Shown one piece after another: positions 1 through 15,190 of a DNA stretch of 64,000 bases (positions are counted from its first letter, which is position 1; each line of letters starts with the position of its first letter). The stretch is from the human T2T-CHM13v2.0 reference genome, Homo sapiens. The stretch lies in NCBI RefSeq assembly GCF_009914755.1, contig NC_060938.1, one strand, 5' to 3'. The notes under the pieces were generated by a model. That model saw only the letters and a list, made by a program, of their open reading frames with translations, was not told the origin of the DNA and did not search any database. Made by a program: the position numbers and the translations under genes.

Positions 1-414
1 TTTTTTAAGGTTATTTACAAATATAAATGTACTTTCTTTAAAGGTGTATTAAAAAGTGGTAAAATACTAAGAGAAAGGAGGCGACAGGGCATTTCCTGAC
101 CAAGCTGAGCTACTTGGGGTGTCCTGCAGGTGGGGGCTGTCTGGCTCCTTCCCCTCCCTGCACTCGCCCTTGCAGGCCTCACCCCTGCCCACACCTCTTG
201 GCACTTCATCTGATCCTTAAACATCCGCCACATGAGGCCTCCCCTCGACCACCTGCACACTCTTCCTACTGCCTGTTGGTCTTCCCACGAAGAGCCATGT
301 CCTCACTCCGGACCCCCTCCAGGCCCTGCTCAAATCCCTCTTTCATTGGCCTGGCCCTCCCAGATGACCCACAGAAAAGCAGCCCTGCGCCTGCAATCTT
401 CACCTTGCACGGAT

Positions 415-462
415 CACCATCCCTCACCATCTGACAAGCACCATCCCTCACCATCTGACCAG
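415..462. repeat. 24-bp tandem duplication
   Basis: caccatccctcaccatctgacaag followed by caccatccctcaccatctgaccag (1 mismatch). Confidence 0.95.
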
Positions 463-639
463 TTTACTCAGCTATGCTCAGCTGCTGCCCCCAAGTACAC
501 AGACTGCCTACAAGTTCCCATCTCAGCACCTGGAAAGCTTCCTGGGCACTCAATAAATAATCAATACTGTCAAATTAATGACTCCGTTACGTGGGCTGTA
601 TGCCATTTAATTCATACATCCAGCCGGAGAGATAGTAAT

Positions 640-772
640 GGGCTATTGTTCCCATTTTATAGATAAAGGAAATGAGGCTCAGAAGAAATGAGCAACTGGC
701 CAAGATCCCACAGCCAGTAAGTGAGGGTGTAAGTAATAGGAATTCACATTCAGGTCCATCTGAATCCCATCC
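640..772. mobile_element. MIR SINE fragment
   Basis: MIR core-like cccattttatagataaaggaaatgaggctcaga...ggccaagatcccacagccagtaagtg. Confidence 0.8.
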
Positions 773-1344
773 ACAAACCCAGCACTTTGTCTCAAGTCTC
801 CAAAGGGCAAGTACATAACGAAGGGGCTGAGTGGCTGAGAACATACTGGACTAATCAAAAAACCAGTGTGACACACTGCACAGCCGTACAACAGGCCCAT
901 CCAGATCTAAACCACGGCGAATGAACCCCTGACTTCCTGGCCTCACCACCTACAGCAGGAGCCCCTTTCCCAGGGCCGCAGGCTGTGAGAAACCTAGAGT
1001 ACTTCGCAGTCCCCAAGGAAGAGCTCAGTGAAACCATCTGGTCCCACTTGTCATGGGAGCAGAAGAAAAGAACTCTCTGCAAGGGTTCTAGGAAATTCAC
1101 TGCTCCCCACCCAGGGTTCAGGGAAGGCAGGAGGGGAGCAAACCTTTGCTGAGAGTATTCTTGGTCCAGGCTCACACTGGCCCTTCCCCACCATCCCTTT
1201 TCTCACCCTCAGGACAGCAGTGCATGGCAGAGGCCATCAGGGCCATGCAGAGTGGGCCCGTCACACCTCTGGGGACACGGTTCACATAGACCATGCGATG
1301 AGAGGCTTTACTTACAATTGTGTGACCTGGTAACCCAGGGCATC

Positions 1345-1460
1345 ATCCCATTTTAGAGAAATGAAAGCAGAGGCTCAGAGACAGGACCTGACTTATGTAA
1401 GATTCCCCAGTTAATGAAATGCCAAGCTGGGATCCAAACTCGTTATCTGATCCCAAAATC
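1345..1460. mobile_element. MIR SINE fragment
   Basis: cccattttagagaaatgaaagcagaggctcagagac... MIR core. Confidence 0.7.
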
Positions 1461-1995
1461 CACACTCAGCCCATCCACCACAACACCTACACTCTCGAGC
1501 TCACACATGTTAATTCATTTCGTCTTTGCCATGATCTAGGAAGAGAGGTATTAGAAATTAGCAAACTCCTCAATCGGCCCAAATCAAAGGGCTGTGATAA
1601 GGGATCACCTCCTGTGTGATTTCAATCCAAAAAATCCACAGCGTTTCATTATAAACATAATCATCTTAAATAAGAGGTAAGTCTTGCTGCAGGAAAGTCA
1701 CTGTTAAACACTACACAAACCAGCAACAGCCCACCAGACACACCAGGAAAGGAAAAAGAAGAAATATCTGAAGTGTCCCCCTACTTTTACCCCCACACCT
1801 TCTTCAATCAGTCCTGATGGACAGAACCCACCAGAACATGGTCAGCTTCTCTCACAGCTGGGAAGTAGTAGAATCAGAATCGAAATCCAAGCTACTCTAA
1901 CTCCAAAATTCAAACATTTTCCCCTATACTTCACTGCCTGTTAACATTATTTCATTTATTCTTACAGTGACCCAAACACCCATTATTATTATCCT

Positions 1996-2432
1996 TATGG
2001 TGGCAGACTATATTTTCCAGAAACAGCTGCACCCCATCCCAGAGCCTTACCATGTCCCCAGCAAGAGCTGCAGCCTGTGTCTCCTCTCCTTGAACCTGGA
2101 TGGGCCTCAGTGAGTGTGTTTAACAATAGATGACCCAGAGATTATGCTGTGAAGAAGCCAAGGGCACACGAGGAGGCTGCAAGTAGATGTCCCTGCTGAC
2201 AGTCCCTTCTGAAATCCCAGCCAACAGCCAGCAGCAAGCACCAGTTACATGAGTGTGGAAGCTCCGGGTGACTCCAGCCCAGCCACCAACTAACTGCAAC
2301 TCCATGAGAGGTCCTGCCTAAGAACCGCCCAGCTGAGCCCAGAACCAGATGAGATTATAATAATAAATGAGTGTTGATGGTTTATACTACCAAGTATGAC
2401 ATGGCTTACTATACAGCAATACAAAACCAGAG
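1996..2432 (+). mobile_element. Old MaLR LTR (MLT1-type)
   Basis: 3' end resembles MLT1 (ccagctgagcccag...aataaatgagtgttg...ttactatacagcaata...aaccaga); boundaries approximate. Confidence 0.6.
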
Positions 2433-3657
2433 GCTCACCTTAAAAATAAGTAACTGTGGCTCAAGGTTATGAAATGACCTGTCCAAAGGTGAAAGGCAAA
2501 AAGCTAAATATCCAGGCTAACCATATCTGATATTGGGATGCTCTCCAGGAGCAGGAGGAAGGATGGGGAGGCCATTACTTTGCCACTTCATTCATTGCAT
2601 GTGTTCCCTTTGGCTTATTAAACCATGAGGCCTTCTTTTACCCAGGGAAATAAAGGAAGGATGTTTGCTGGTGTCGTTTCTGCATGGGAAGATGAATATA
2701 ATATAATCCTGGTCTGTAATGACTATTCACATAAAAATCATGTTTTCTTTACAAAGAGCCTCTCTCCCTTTTTCTCTCCCCCAAATCAATCCAAACTGCA
2801 AGAACTATGAAAAGTACAGCCTCCAAGATGATCTTCAGTCTGTCAGATTTGCAGTCCTTCATTATAAGCATAATCATCATAAATGAAAGATAAGGCTTGG
2901 TGCAGCACAGTTCATCATGGAAAGATGCTAACTCACCAGCCCGTCTGCCTGTGAGAACTGCTGTTCCATGTGGGTGAAGTGGGGGAAACAAAACCTGGAG
3001 GAGGTGGTTAAATGCCCCCATCAGCCAGGGGACGCTCGGAGGTGGAACCCACCAGAACCGGCATGGCAGCCCAGGCTGAGCGAATTCCTTCCCACACACT
3101 TTCTGGTTCCTTCTCAAACTTCTCCAAGGCAACAGATTTTCACTTTCTTTTAAGATTTCTTTTTTGCTCAGAGAAAGGGAAAGAAAGAAGTTACTGCACA
3201 CTGAGTTCTTACACTCCAGGCATTTTGGGGCCACGCTGCAGACGGTGTCTCAAAAGCTTTATAGCTACCCTGGGAGGTGGGCATTATTTCGGGTAGCAGG
3301 AGCGGGGCTGCAGAGTCTAGACAGACATGGGTTTGAATCCCCTGATACTCAATAGCTGTGCAAACTGATGCTCAACAAATGAATGCTTGATAGAGAGAAA
3401 ATAAAATATAAGGCTTGCTCTCATTCTCATCCCATCCTCTTCCCTCTCACCATCACACATCCCCATCTACAAATGCATAGAAAAGGTTTAATCCTGCATA
3501 AAGACCAGGCTCACCATTCCTAAGGTGCAGCCCAGGCAGGTTGCTGCCCTCTAAGCTTATGAATCTCACCCCAGTGGCAGACTTACTATCATCTGTAAGC
3601 AGAACATAACCAAGCCTATTCCCCAGACCTGGGGGAGCTGAAGGAAGAGTCCGACCC

Positions 3658-3742
3658 CCAGGGGAGAGTGAGATGCACAGATTGCACCATCCTGAGAAAA
3701 CTGCGGGACCCAGGGACAGTGCAGGGGGTGGGGGTATTGTCA
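3658..3742 (+). repeat. 85-bp direct repeat, copy 1 (copy 2 at 6936-7020)
   Basis: Ungapped manual alignment to 6936-7020, 10 mismatches in 85 nt. Confidence 0.9.
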
Positions 3743-3976
3743 CAGCAGACTGAAGGCCTCTAGAAGAGTTGGGTGTGATGAGAAGTAATAGAAAATTCCA
3801 GTAGGTGCCCAGTAGGAGCCAGAATGCACTGCACTTCCTGTCATCCAGACAACTCTGGAGAGAACAAGGGGACCCAATGGTGCTAACCCTGCTCTCACCA
3901 AGAGCACCAGCTATTTATAGGAGAGGCTGTGAATACCCATGAGCTCATCAGTCCCTTCTAATGGCATTACTAATTG

Positions 3977-6762
3977 CAGGCGTACCTTGGAGATACTGCA
4001 CTCATAGTTCCAGACCACCACAATAAAGTGAATATCAGAATAAAGTGAGTCACCATATTTTTTGGTTTCCCAGTGTGTATAAAAGTTATGTTTACACCAT
4101 ACTGTATTTTTAGTCCATTTTCACACTGCTGATAAAGACATACCCGAGACTGGGTAATTTATTTTTTTAAAACAAAAACAGGTTTAATGGACTCACAGTT
4201 CCATGTGGCTGGGGAGGCCTCACAATTATGGCAGAAGGCGAAAGTCATGGCTTACACGGTGGCAGACAAGAGAGAATGAGAACCAAGCAAAAGGGGTTTC
4301 CCCTTATAAAACTATCAGATCTCCTGAGATTTATTTACTACCATGAGAACGTATGGGGGAAATCACCCCCATGATTCAATTATCTCCCACCAGGTCCCTC
4401 CCCCAACACATGGGAATTATCGGAATTATAATTCAAGATGAGATTTGGGTGGGGACACAGCCAAACCATATCAACTCTAGTCTATTAAGTGTGCAGTAGT
4501 AGTCTGTCTGAAAAACAATGTACATACCTTAATTTAAAAATACTTTATTGCTAAAAAATGCTACCAATCATCTGAGCCTTCAACAAGTCCTAATCTTTCT
4601 GCTGTTGGAGGGTCTTTCCTCGGTGCTGATGGCAGCTAACTCATCAAGGTAGTGGTTGTTGAAGATTGGGGGTGGCTGTGGCAATTTCTTAAAATAAGAC
4701 AATGATGAGGTTTTCCCCATCAATGGACTCTTCCTTTCCAGAAAGATTTCTCTCCAGCATGCAAGCTGTTTGATAGCATTTTACCTACCACAGAACTTCT
4801 TTCAAAATTGGAGTCAACTCTGCCACTTTATCAACTACACTTATGGAATATTCTAAATCCTTTGTTGTCATTTCAACAATGTTCACAACATCTTCACCAG
4901 GAGTAGATTCCTTCTCAAGAAATTTTCTTTGCTCATCCATAAGAAGCAACTCCTCATCCGTTCAAGTTTGATCATGAGATTGCAGCAATTCAGGCTCCAC
5001 TTCTAATTCTAGTTCTCTGCTACTTTCACCACATCTGCAGTTATTTCCTCCACCAAAGTCTTGAAACGCTCAAAGTAATCCATAAGGGTTGGAGTCAACT
5101 TTTGTTCCAAATTCCAGTTAATGTCGATGACCTCCTCCCATGAGTCATGCGTGTTCTGCATGGTGAATCCTTTCCAGAAGGTTTTCAATTGCTTTGCCCA
5201 GATCCATCAAAGGAATCACTATCTATGGTAGTGGTAGCTTTATGGTAGCTTTAGCCCTATGGTAGCTTTAGCCCTATGAAATGTACTTCTTAAATAATAA
5301 GACCTGAAAGTTGAAATTACTCCTTGATCCATGGGCTGCAGGACGGATGCTGTGTTAGCAGGCATGAAAGCAACATTCATCTCCATGTACATCTCCATCA
5401 GAGCTCTTGGGTGACCAGGTGCATTGTCAATGAGCAGTCACTTTTGAAAGGAATCTTTTTTTCTGAACAGCAGGTCTCAACAGCAGGCTTAAAATATTTG
5501 TTAAACCATGCTGTAAGTGACATGCTATCATCCAGGCTTTGTTGTCCCGTTTATACAGCACAGGCAGCATAGATTTATCACCATTTTTAAGGCCCTAGGC
5601 TTTTCAGAATGGTAAACCAGCATTGGCTTCAACTTAAAGTCACCCAGCTGCATTAGCAGTTAGTAAGGGAGTCAGCCTGTCCTTTAAAGCTTTGAAGCCA
5701 GGCATTGACTTCTCCTCTCTAACTATGAAAGTCCAAGATGGCATCTTCTTATCTAATACACAACTGCTTCACCTACATTGAAAATCTGTTGTTAGTGTTC
5801 CCACCTTCATCAAGTATCCACCTAAATTATCTTCTGGGTAACTTGCTGCAGCTTTGACATCAACACTTGCTTCTTCACTTTGCACTTTTATGTTATGGAG
5901 GCACCTTCTTTCTTTAAACCTCATGAAATAACCTCCACTAGCTTCAGTTGTTCTTCTATGGCCTCCTCACTTCTCTCAGCCTTCATAGAATTGAAGAAAG
6001 TTAGGGCTCTGCTCTGGATCATGCTTTGACTTAGAGGAACGTTGTGGCTGGTTTTATCTATTCAAATCACTAATACTGTCTCCATATCAGGAATAAGGCT
6101 GTTTCACTTTCTTCTTATTCATGAGTACATGGGAACAGCGCTTTTAATTTCTTTCAAGAATTTTTCCTTTACATTTACAACTTGGCTAATTAGTGCAAGA
6201 GGCCTAGCTTTCAACCTGTCTCAGCTTTAGACACCCCTTCCTCACTAAGCTTAATCATTTCTAGCTTTTGATTTAAAACGATAGACATGTGATCCTTCCT
6301 CTCACTTGAACACGTAGAGGCCATCGTATGGGGTATTAATTGGCCTAATTTCAATGTTGTTGTGTCTCAGGGAGTAAAGAGGCCTGAAAGAGAAAGAGAT
6401 AGATGGAGGAATGGCTGGTCAATGGAGCAGCCAGAGCGTACATTCATGTATGCTCCAATTAATCAGTTAAGATCACGATCTCATCTGGACACACTTCATG
6501 GTGCCCCAAAACAGTTACCAGAGGAACACCAAAAATCACTGATCACAGATCACCATTACAAATATAATAATAATGAAAAAGTGTGAAATATTGTGAGAAT
6601 TACTAAAACGTGACACAGAAACACAAAGTAAGCACATGCTGTTGGAAAAATGGTGCCAACAGACTTGTTCAATAGGAGTTGCCTTAAACCTTCAGTCTGA
6701 AGAAAAACAATGAAAACTGTGAAGGGCAATAAAGCAAAGTGCAAAAGAATGAGGTATGCCTA
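3977..6762 (-). mobile_element. Full-length Tigger1 DNA transposon (TcMar-Tigger), decayed transposase, interrupted by THE1 LTR
   Basis: TIRs caggcgtacctt (3977) and gaggtatgccta (6762), similar to CAGGCATACCTC. Subterminal sequences match Tigger1. Span minus the ~370-bp LTR is ~2.42 kb, the Tigger1 length. Confidence 0.92.
4103..4473 (-). mobile_element. THE1 solo LTR (MaLR, THE1C/D-like) nested in Tigger1
   Basis: Ends ...gggtggggacacagccaaaccatatca = reverse complement of the THE1 5' end TGATATGGTTTGGCTGTGTCCCCACCC. Confidence 0.92.
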
Positions 6763-6935
6763 CATTAAATATAAATGACACATTGCAAGTCACACATCAC
6801 ATCTGCACCTTAATTCAAACAACTGTCCTAAAACAAAGTTGCATCGCAGTGCTTATAACTCAGGGCCCTCAAGCTCCCATTAATTTATAGAAGAATGGTT
6901 ATTACTAGGGACCATTTGCTTGGAGGTTCCAAGTC

Positions 6936-7020
6936 CCAGGGGAAAGTGAGATGCACAGATCTCACCATTCTGAGAAAACTGTGAGGCCCAGGGACAGTGT
7001 AGGGGGTGGGAGAATTGTCA
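6936..7020 (+). repeat. 85-bp direct repeat, copy 2
   Basis: ~88% identical to 3658-3742. Confidence 0.9.
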
Positions 7021-7697
7021 AAGAAGCTTTTTTCCAGGACCTTGATAAGGCAAACATCTATTACATATCACCACAGTCCCAGGGTCAAAGGCACTCAATA
7101 AGTACTTTCTGAAAGAATGAATGAATAAATGGATGAGCCAAATGTCCCATTAGACACTACTGTATAGTTCATATCATTTAATAAAGTAATGCTGCTCGGT
7201 ACACTCACTGAGCCTCAGTTTCCTAATTTGTAAAAGAAAGACAACATGACCAACCTTATAGTGTTGTAAGGTTAAGTGATATCATATATGTCCAAGGTTT
7301 ATCCACCTATAACCATCAGTATATGTTCAATTAGGTTTAGTAAATATTGAATCATCTTTAGTGTTGTTGTTAGCTACTGTTTATTTAGCGTCTACTAAGT
7401 GCTAGCAGCTTTCTAGGCATCCTAACGCTTATAATAGTTCTTCAAAGTAGAAAATACGGTCACCTTTATCATGCAGTATTTATGAGAGCTAAAGAAGTAA
7501 AAAGGTTAATACAGAATAATACAATAACTTCCACTGCTGGAGAACAGCAGATCAAGTGTGCAAAGGCACTGTCACAAATCAAAACAAGACTGTCCTCAAT
7601 AACATGGGCTTTTTGACACATCAATGGGCTTTCAAGGTACGTGGAATTCTTCAAACCTGCCAGTCTTCCTCAAAATGTGAGCTAAATCTAAAGTTGG

Positions 7698-8069
7698 TGA
7701 TATAGTTTGGCTGTGTCCCCACCCAAATCTCATCTTGAATTGTAGTTCCCATAATCCCCAAGTGTAGTGGAGGGACCAGTGGGAGATAATTGAATCATGG
7801 GGGCAGTTACCCCCATACTGCTGTTCTTGTGGTAGTGAGTGAGTTCTCATGAGATCTGATGGTTTTATAACAAGGGGTTTTCCCCTTTTGCTTGACACTT
7901 ATCTTGGCCACTGCCATGTAAGATGTGCCTTTCCTCTTCCTTCACCTTCTGCCATGATTGTGAGGCCTTCCCAACCATGTGGAACTGTGAGTTTATTAAA
8001 CCTCTTTTCTTTATAAATTACCCAGTCTCAGGTATGTCTCTATTAGCAGCATGAGAACAGACTAATACA
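7698..8069 (+). mobile_element. THE1 solo LTR (MaLR)
   Basis: tgatatagtttggctgtgtccccacccaaatc ... gaacagactaataca; perfect 5-bp TSD gttgg. Confidence 0.95.
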
Positions 8070-8329
8070 GTTGGGATAAGCTGGCAGTGTATCAAATGAA
8101 GAGGTTTGCTGGCCTTGAGGATGAGCACCAATTACCATTGCAATTAGGCTCCTGAGCCTAGGACAAAGAGCAAGGTGGAGGAGTTGAGCTTGGCAGTCCT
8201 TGCAGATATGAGATGCTCAAAGGTGATGGATATGTCTTCAAGTCTTCGGTGCACCTGATTCACAGCAGAACTAGACAGAAATCTCTGGAGGAAAGCATCC
8301 CTCATTTGGGCCCTCAGGAGTAAAAAATC

Positions 8330-10031
8330 TGAAAATAAGATTAAAAAATGAGCAGTAAGCTCACAATGAAAAGTCACAGAAAGAGAAGATGGCAAGTATC
8401 TGTAAATGGCAGTCAACAAATGTAACAAATAATAGATTTAAACACCTCAGGGTTGCAGATATTAAATAATCCAATACATATTATATCAATGTATGAAATG
8501 TAATAAGAATGTAAGAAATGCATAAAGAAAGTAACATTGGAATCACAAAGATAAAAAGTAAACAAGAGACCATCAGGAATGACCAAATAGGTTTGAAAAA
8601 TAACCAAATGGAACTTCTAAAACTGAAAATTTTTAATTGATTTTTTAAAAATTCAATGGATGCTTGACAAGTTGATTACACACAACTAATAATAAAATAT
8701 GTGAACCCCAGGATAAGAGTCTGATCAAATTACCCAAAATACAGTATCAAGAGATAAGGAAATAGAAAATATAAAGGTAATGAAAGAGATACAGAGAATA
8801 GAATAAGAAGCTCTAACATATCTCTAGTCAGAGTCCTAGAAGGAGAGTGCAGATATATAAGAATAGAGGTAATATTTCAAGAGATATTAGCTGAGAAATT
8901 TCTAGAACAAAGAGAAGACATATATCCAAGATTCAGAAATCACATAATACACTCCAAGTAAGAGTAAATGTTTCAGGTCCTCTCAGATGCCTATAGTGAA
9001 TCTTTAAAACACCACAGGCAAAAATAAGATTTTTTTTAAAGCAGCCAGACAAAAAGTAGAGACAATCTTGAATGGAATAATCAGAAGACTGAAAATAAGC
9101 TTTTCACCTCCATAATGACAGCCAGAAGAAATGTGATGGTGCCTTCAAAGTGTGGAGATGCCAACCCAGAATTGTGTACTTCACAAAACTGTGTACCCAA
9201 TAAGAGCAAAAGTAAAACAAAAATATTCAGATACATGTGGTTGGGAGTAAACCACCACACCTCCCCTAAGGAAGGAAAGAGAATTATCACAAAAAGGTCC
9301 TTGTGAGAAGCAAGAAGAAATGGTGAGCAAATAAGCTGATAAACATGCAGGAACATTAACAAAACAATGTGTGTATAAGATAATAACAAAGTCTAATTTA
9401 TAAAGCCACAGAAAAATCATAGAATTAAAATATTACACAACAGTAACTTGTAGGTTGGAAGGATGGTAACTTGATTTGGGATATTCTAACGTCCTTTTAT
9501 AATCAAAGGGGTTTAAAATATTGTTTAGTATGTCATTAAATTAAATATGCATGATAATGTGTCCAGGACAATCAGGAAAACAAAAGGGTAAATTTCAAAG
9601 CAGTAGAGGGAGAATAAAAATGGAATAAAAATAAGCAAATGAATAATTTTTAAAAATAACCTTTAATCAATACTTCCACCCAGGCAATAAAGAATAAAAG
9701 AGGATATTTAAAAAGCGGAAAAAGAAAAATAACAAACTAAAGTAATAGAAACAATAAGAAATAAATCAATAAGTAAATAAATGTAAGTGAACTAAATTAA
9801 CCAATCCAAGACAAGATAATCCAGAATATTTTTAAAATTACAAGAAACACACAGTTATATTCACTATCTGGTTTAAGAAGTAAAATATTATCAGCAAAAT
9901 TGAATCATCTATCTGCCGCTTCCTGATCACAAACCCATCCCCTTCTACCTGGGGGGAAGAAAATAAAACTGTATTCAGTTCAGTGTCTATTATAACTAGG
10001 CAGACCCATATTGCTACAAATGTAAATATTA

Positions 10032-10066
<35 letters not shown>

Positions 10067-11699
10067 CTTTTTTTTGTACACCACATTTTTACTCAAAATT
10101 ACGTTCAAAAGATTTGTCCATTTTGATACATGTAACTTTAGTTCACCAATTTTCACTGCTGTATTATTTTTATGAGAATAAAAAATAATGCCACATAAAT
10201 AATAATGCCACAATTGATTTATCCATTCTCCTATTGATTGGCATTGCTATTTTAGAAACTACTGCTATAAATGTTCTTATTTATAACTCCTTGTTTACAT
10301 TTGCAAAAGTTTCTCTCTAAGGTAAATATTTGGGGTGTGGAATTTCTAGTTTATGGAACACAAATATCTTCAATTTTCCCAGATAAGGCCAAATCAAAAG
10401 TAGCTGCACCAGATGGCCACATTTCTTCCAATGCCAGACTAGGTAATTGGGACCAACTTCCCCACTTTAAAACCTAGAAAATCTGAATAATATTTTAATT
10501 TAAAAATAAAAATTAAATGCCTGAAGGCATTGGAGAGTTATCAAGACAGTGAAGAATTACAGGGCCAAAATCCAGGAAAAGAAGAAAACTCAGTGAGACA
10601 AACCCAGCTTGAGATTTTGAAAAAAATTACAACACTACAAGTGTTATAAATTTAAATATAAAATTAAAGTTCAGGGACCATCAGTTGGTGGACTTACTGA
10701 ACCACCAACACCAGAAGTGGTGTCCACTTTTTCTATGACCCTTTTTTCTCCTTTTCTTTGTTTCGGCTTTTCACAGGGAGACTGATTGAGTTTTGGTTTT
10801 TAAATAACCTAAAGGTATATACTCTAGAAGTAAAGGCAAACTAGAAATACGCTGTACCTCAAAGGGATTAAAGTCCTATTTGAAACATCGCCATCCCTAA
10901 TTGGCTTAAGGAGATCAAGCATTGCCTGCACACCCTGCCACAACCAAACACTAGACTTCCCTAGAGAGGGATATAATATGATCATCCTAGTTCTAAATTT
11001 AAATCTACAATTTTTCCAATATTCAGTCAAAACCACACACACAAGAAGGCAAAATAACATAGCTGACAACAAAGAGAAAATATATGGGAACTTTCCATAA
11101 GTCTTCCAGACAAAGGAGGTATCACATCCAGACTTCAGAAATAGCTAGCTTCAAATGTTCAAGGAAATAAAAGATTGACAATTACATAGAGAAGCAGAAA
11201 CTGTAGAGATGATTCAAATATAAAGTCTAGGACTGAAAACTAGAAGAGCTGAATTTAAAAATTCAGTAAATAGGTTTAATAACAAATAAGATATAGCTGA
11301 AGAGATAATCAGTAAGCTAAAAGATGTGCTAGAAGAAAAGGTCTAGAATGATTCATGGAGAGACATGAAGATAGGAAAAACAGAAGAGAAAATGTAAGAA
11401 GTATATAAGATACATAAAATTGGAGTCCCAGAAAAACAGGAGAGTAAGGCAGAAGCAATATTTAGACGTGAAAAATGACAGAAAGGTAAATGTATAGGTA
11501 TATGTAAATGAGCCTTAATATATTAAAAAAAGACGTGGGATATGAATAATACAGGGAAATAAAATGCATAAAAACTATAACATATAATCAGAAAAGGAAG
11601 TAAATGAAGTTAAAGTACTCTAAGACTTTTGCATTGTCTAAGAAGTGGGGAAAGTACTGTTAAAAAAAAAATCAAAGATGCCTGTTATCATCTCTGGGG
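8330..11699 (+). mobile_element. Degraded ancient L1 (L1M) fragments, mostly + strand ORF1/inter-ORF-like, with an antisense 3'-end piece near 10090-10400
   Basis: A-rich, ORF1-like motifs (gagtcctagaaggagag; agctgaagagataatcagtaagct; ggagtcccagaa); boundaries approximate. Confidence 0.65.
10034..10064. repeat. (CA)n microsatellite
   Basis: About 15 AC units seen directly. Confidence 0.95.
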
Positions 11700-13404
<1,705 letters not shown>

Positions 13405-13409
13405 TTCTA

Positions 13410-14520
13410 GGATAATCATTGAAAGAATAACAAAAGAACATATAAATACTAAGTTAAGAGAAGAGAAAAAAAGAATAATTTAAAAAAGAGTGAATCCAAA
13501 AGAAGGCAAGAAAGGAGGAAAAAAAAACATAGGTTGGACACAATAGACTATATTGGTCATTACATTAAGTGCAAATGCACAAAGACTGTCAGATAAGATT
13601 TAAGAAAAGCAAACCAATTGTATGCTGCTCACGTGATACACATTTCAAATATAAGGATACAGAAAGATTAGAAGTAAAAGGATGAAAAGCTATCTTAATA
13701 TAAACACTAACCAAGAGAAGCTGGTATAACTACATTAATATAAGACAATGTAGACTTCAAGGAATAAAATGTGACTAGATATAAGGACAGATATTTTCTA
13801 AAATACAAAGTCTAATTTTCCAGAAAGAGAAAATAATTCTAAATGTACATGCACCTAATAACATAGCCTCAAAATATATAAAGCAAAAACTAACAGAACT
13901 AAAAGCAGAAATAGACAAAACCATCACCACAGTGGCAAATTTTAACACATATTTTTCTAATTGATAGAACAAACAGACCAAAAGCGTTATCAAGGATATG
14001 GAAGTTTTGACTAACATAATTAACCAACTTGATCTCAATGACATTTATAGAACACCGCACCGAATAATTGCAGAGTATACCTTCTTTTCAGGTACACTTA
14101 AACATTCACCAAAATTGACCATATGCTGAGACATAAAGCAAGTTTCAACATATTTGAAAGGATTAAAATCAGACACAGCATGTTCTCTGATCAGAATGGA
14201 ATTCAGCTATGTATCAATAACAAAGTAAGAAGAATATTTTTGAAAATTAAGAATTTGGGGGAATTAAGAAATACACTGCTAAGAAATACACTGGGTCAAA
14301 CAAACAAATACAATGGAAATTAGAAAATATTTTAACTAAATGATAGTGAAACTACATGATTTGATAATTCATGGGATGCACAAAAGCCATGTTTAGCGGG
14401 AAATTGATATAGACTTAAATGTATACATTAGAAAAGAAGTAAAGTTGGAAGGCCATGATGCAAACTTCCATCTCAAGAATCTGGAAAAGGAAATAGCAAA
14501 TTAAACCTAAAGAACGTGGT
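13410..14520 (+). mobile_element. L1M ORF2 endonuclease-region fragment (decayed)
   Basis: taaatgtacatgcacctaataacatagcctcaaaatatataaagcaaaaactaacagaac...; attcaccaaaattgaccatatgct; ORF 14123-14323 gives ORF2-like HKAS...HSMFSDQNGIQL. Confidence 0.85.
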
Positions 14521-14699
14521 AGGAGGAGTGGCTGCTGGAGAGTCTGGGGTCTGTCCTCTCTTGGAGTCTGCAGACAGACACTGCCCTGGGGAGGCTGTCA
14601 TGGGCTGCTTGGGGTGCAGGTAATTCACCAGGGAGGACAGCCCCCACAACAGTCAGGTTCAGCCACTTTCTGTCTCCCATTCATTTTCTTTCTCTGTCA

Positions 14700-15190
14700 C
14701 ATATTTTTGCTAATCTAGTATTACAGGGTTTCAGTGTACATTCTCCTAATTACTAAAAAGATTGGGAATCTCTTCAACTGTTTGGAACTTCATGTGGTTC
14801 CTGGTCTATGAACTGTCCATTCAGATATTTTGTCCATTTTTCCATGCGTTTGCTTTTCTATTCTTACCTTGATTTTGTAGAATTCTTCCTATGCTCTGGA
14901 TACAAATCTTTTATTTGTTATGTGTATGGTAAATGTATTCTCCTCGTTTGTAGCCTCCCTTTTCATTTCTTTTAGAGTACCTTTTATTGAACAGAAAATT
15001 TTAAATTTAATACGGTCAAACGTATCAATATGCTTCTTTGGGGTTTTTGGGGTGGAGCGGGGGAGGAAAATTGAAAGTTCTTCTCTACCCCAAAGTCATG
15101 AAGATATTCCGTTTTCTAAATGTGTTGAAGTTTCTCTTCTCACATTTACATACTTAACCTACCTGGAAGTTATGTTGGGGATCGTATGAG
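14700..15190 (-). mobile_element. L1M fragment, antisense
   Basis: T-rich antisense ORF2-3' like sequence (ctatgctctggatacaaatcttt; gaacagaaaattttaaatttaat). Confidence 0.65.

Noticed and set aside
415-462. Direct repeats as a CRISPR-like array
   Set aside because: Eukaryotic DNA; only two adjacent units, no spacers and no cas genes
1674-1683. Consensus splice donor AG|GTAAGT (another at ~42812)
   Set aside because: Isolated donors occur by chance; no supportable exon chain without transcript data
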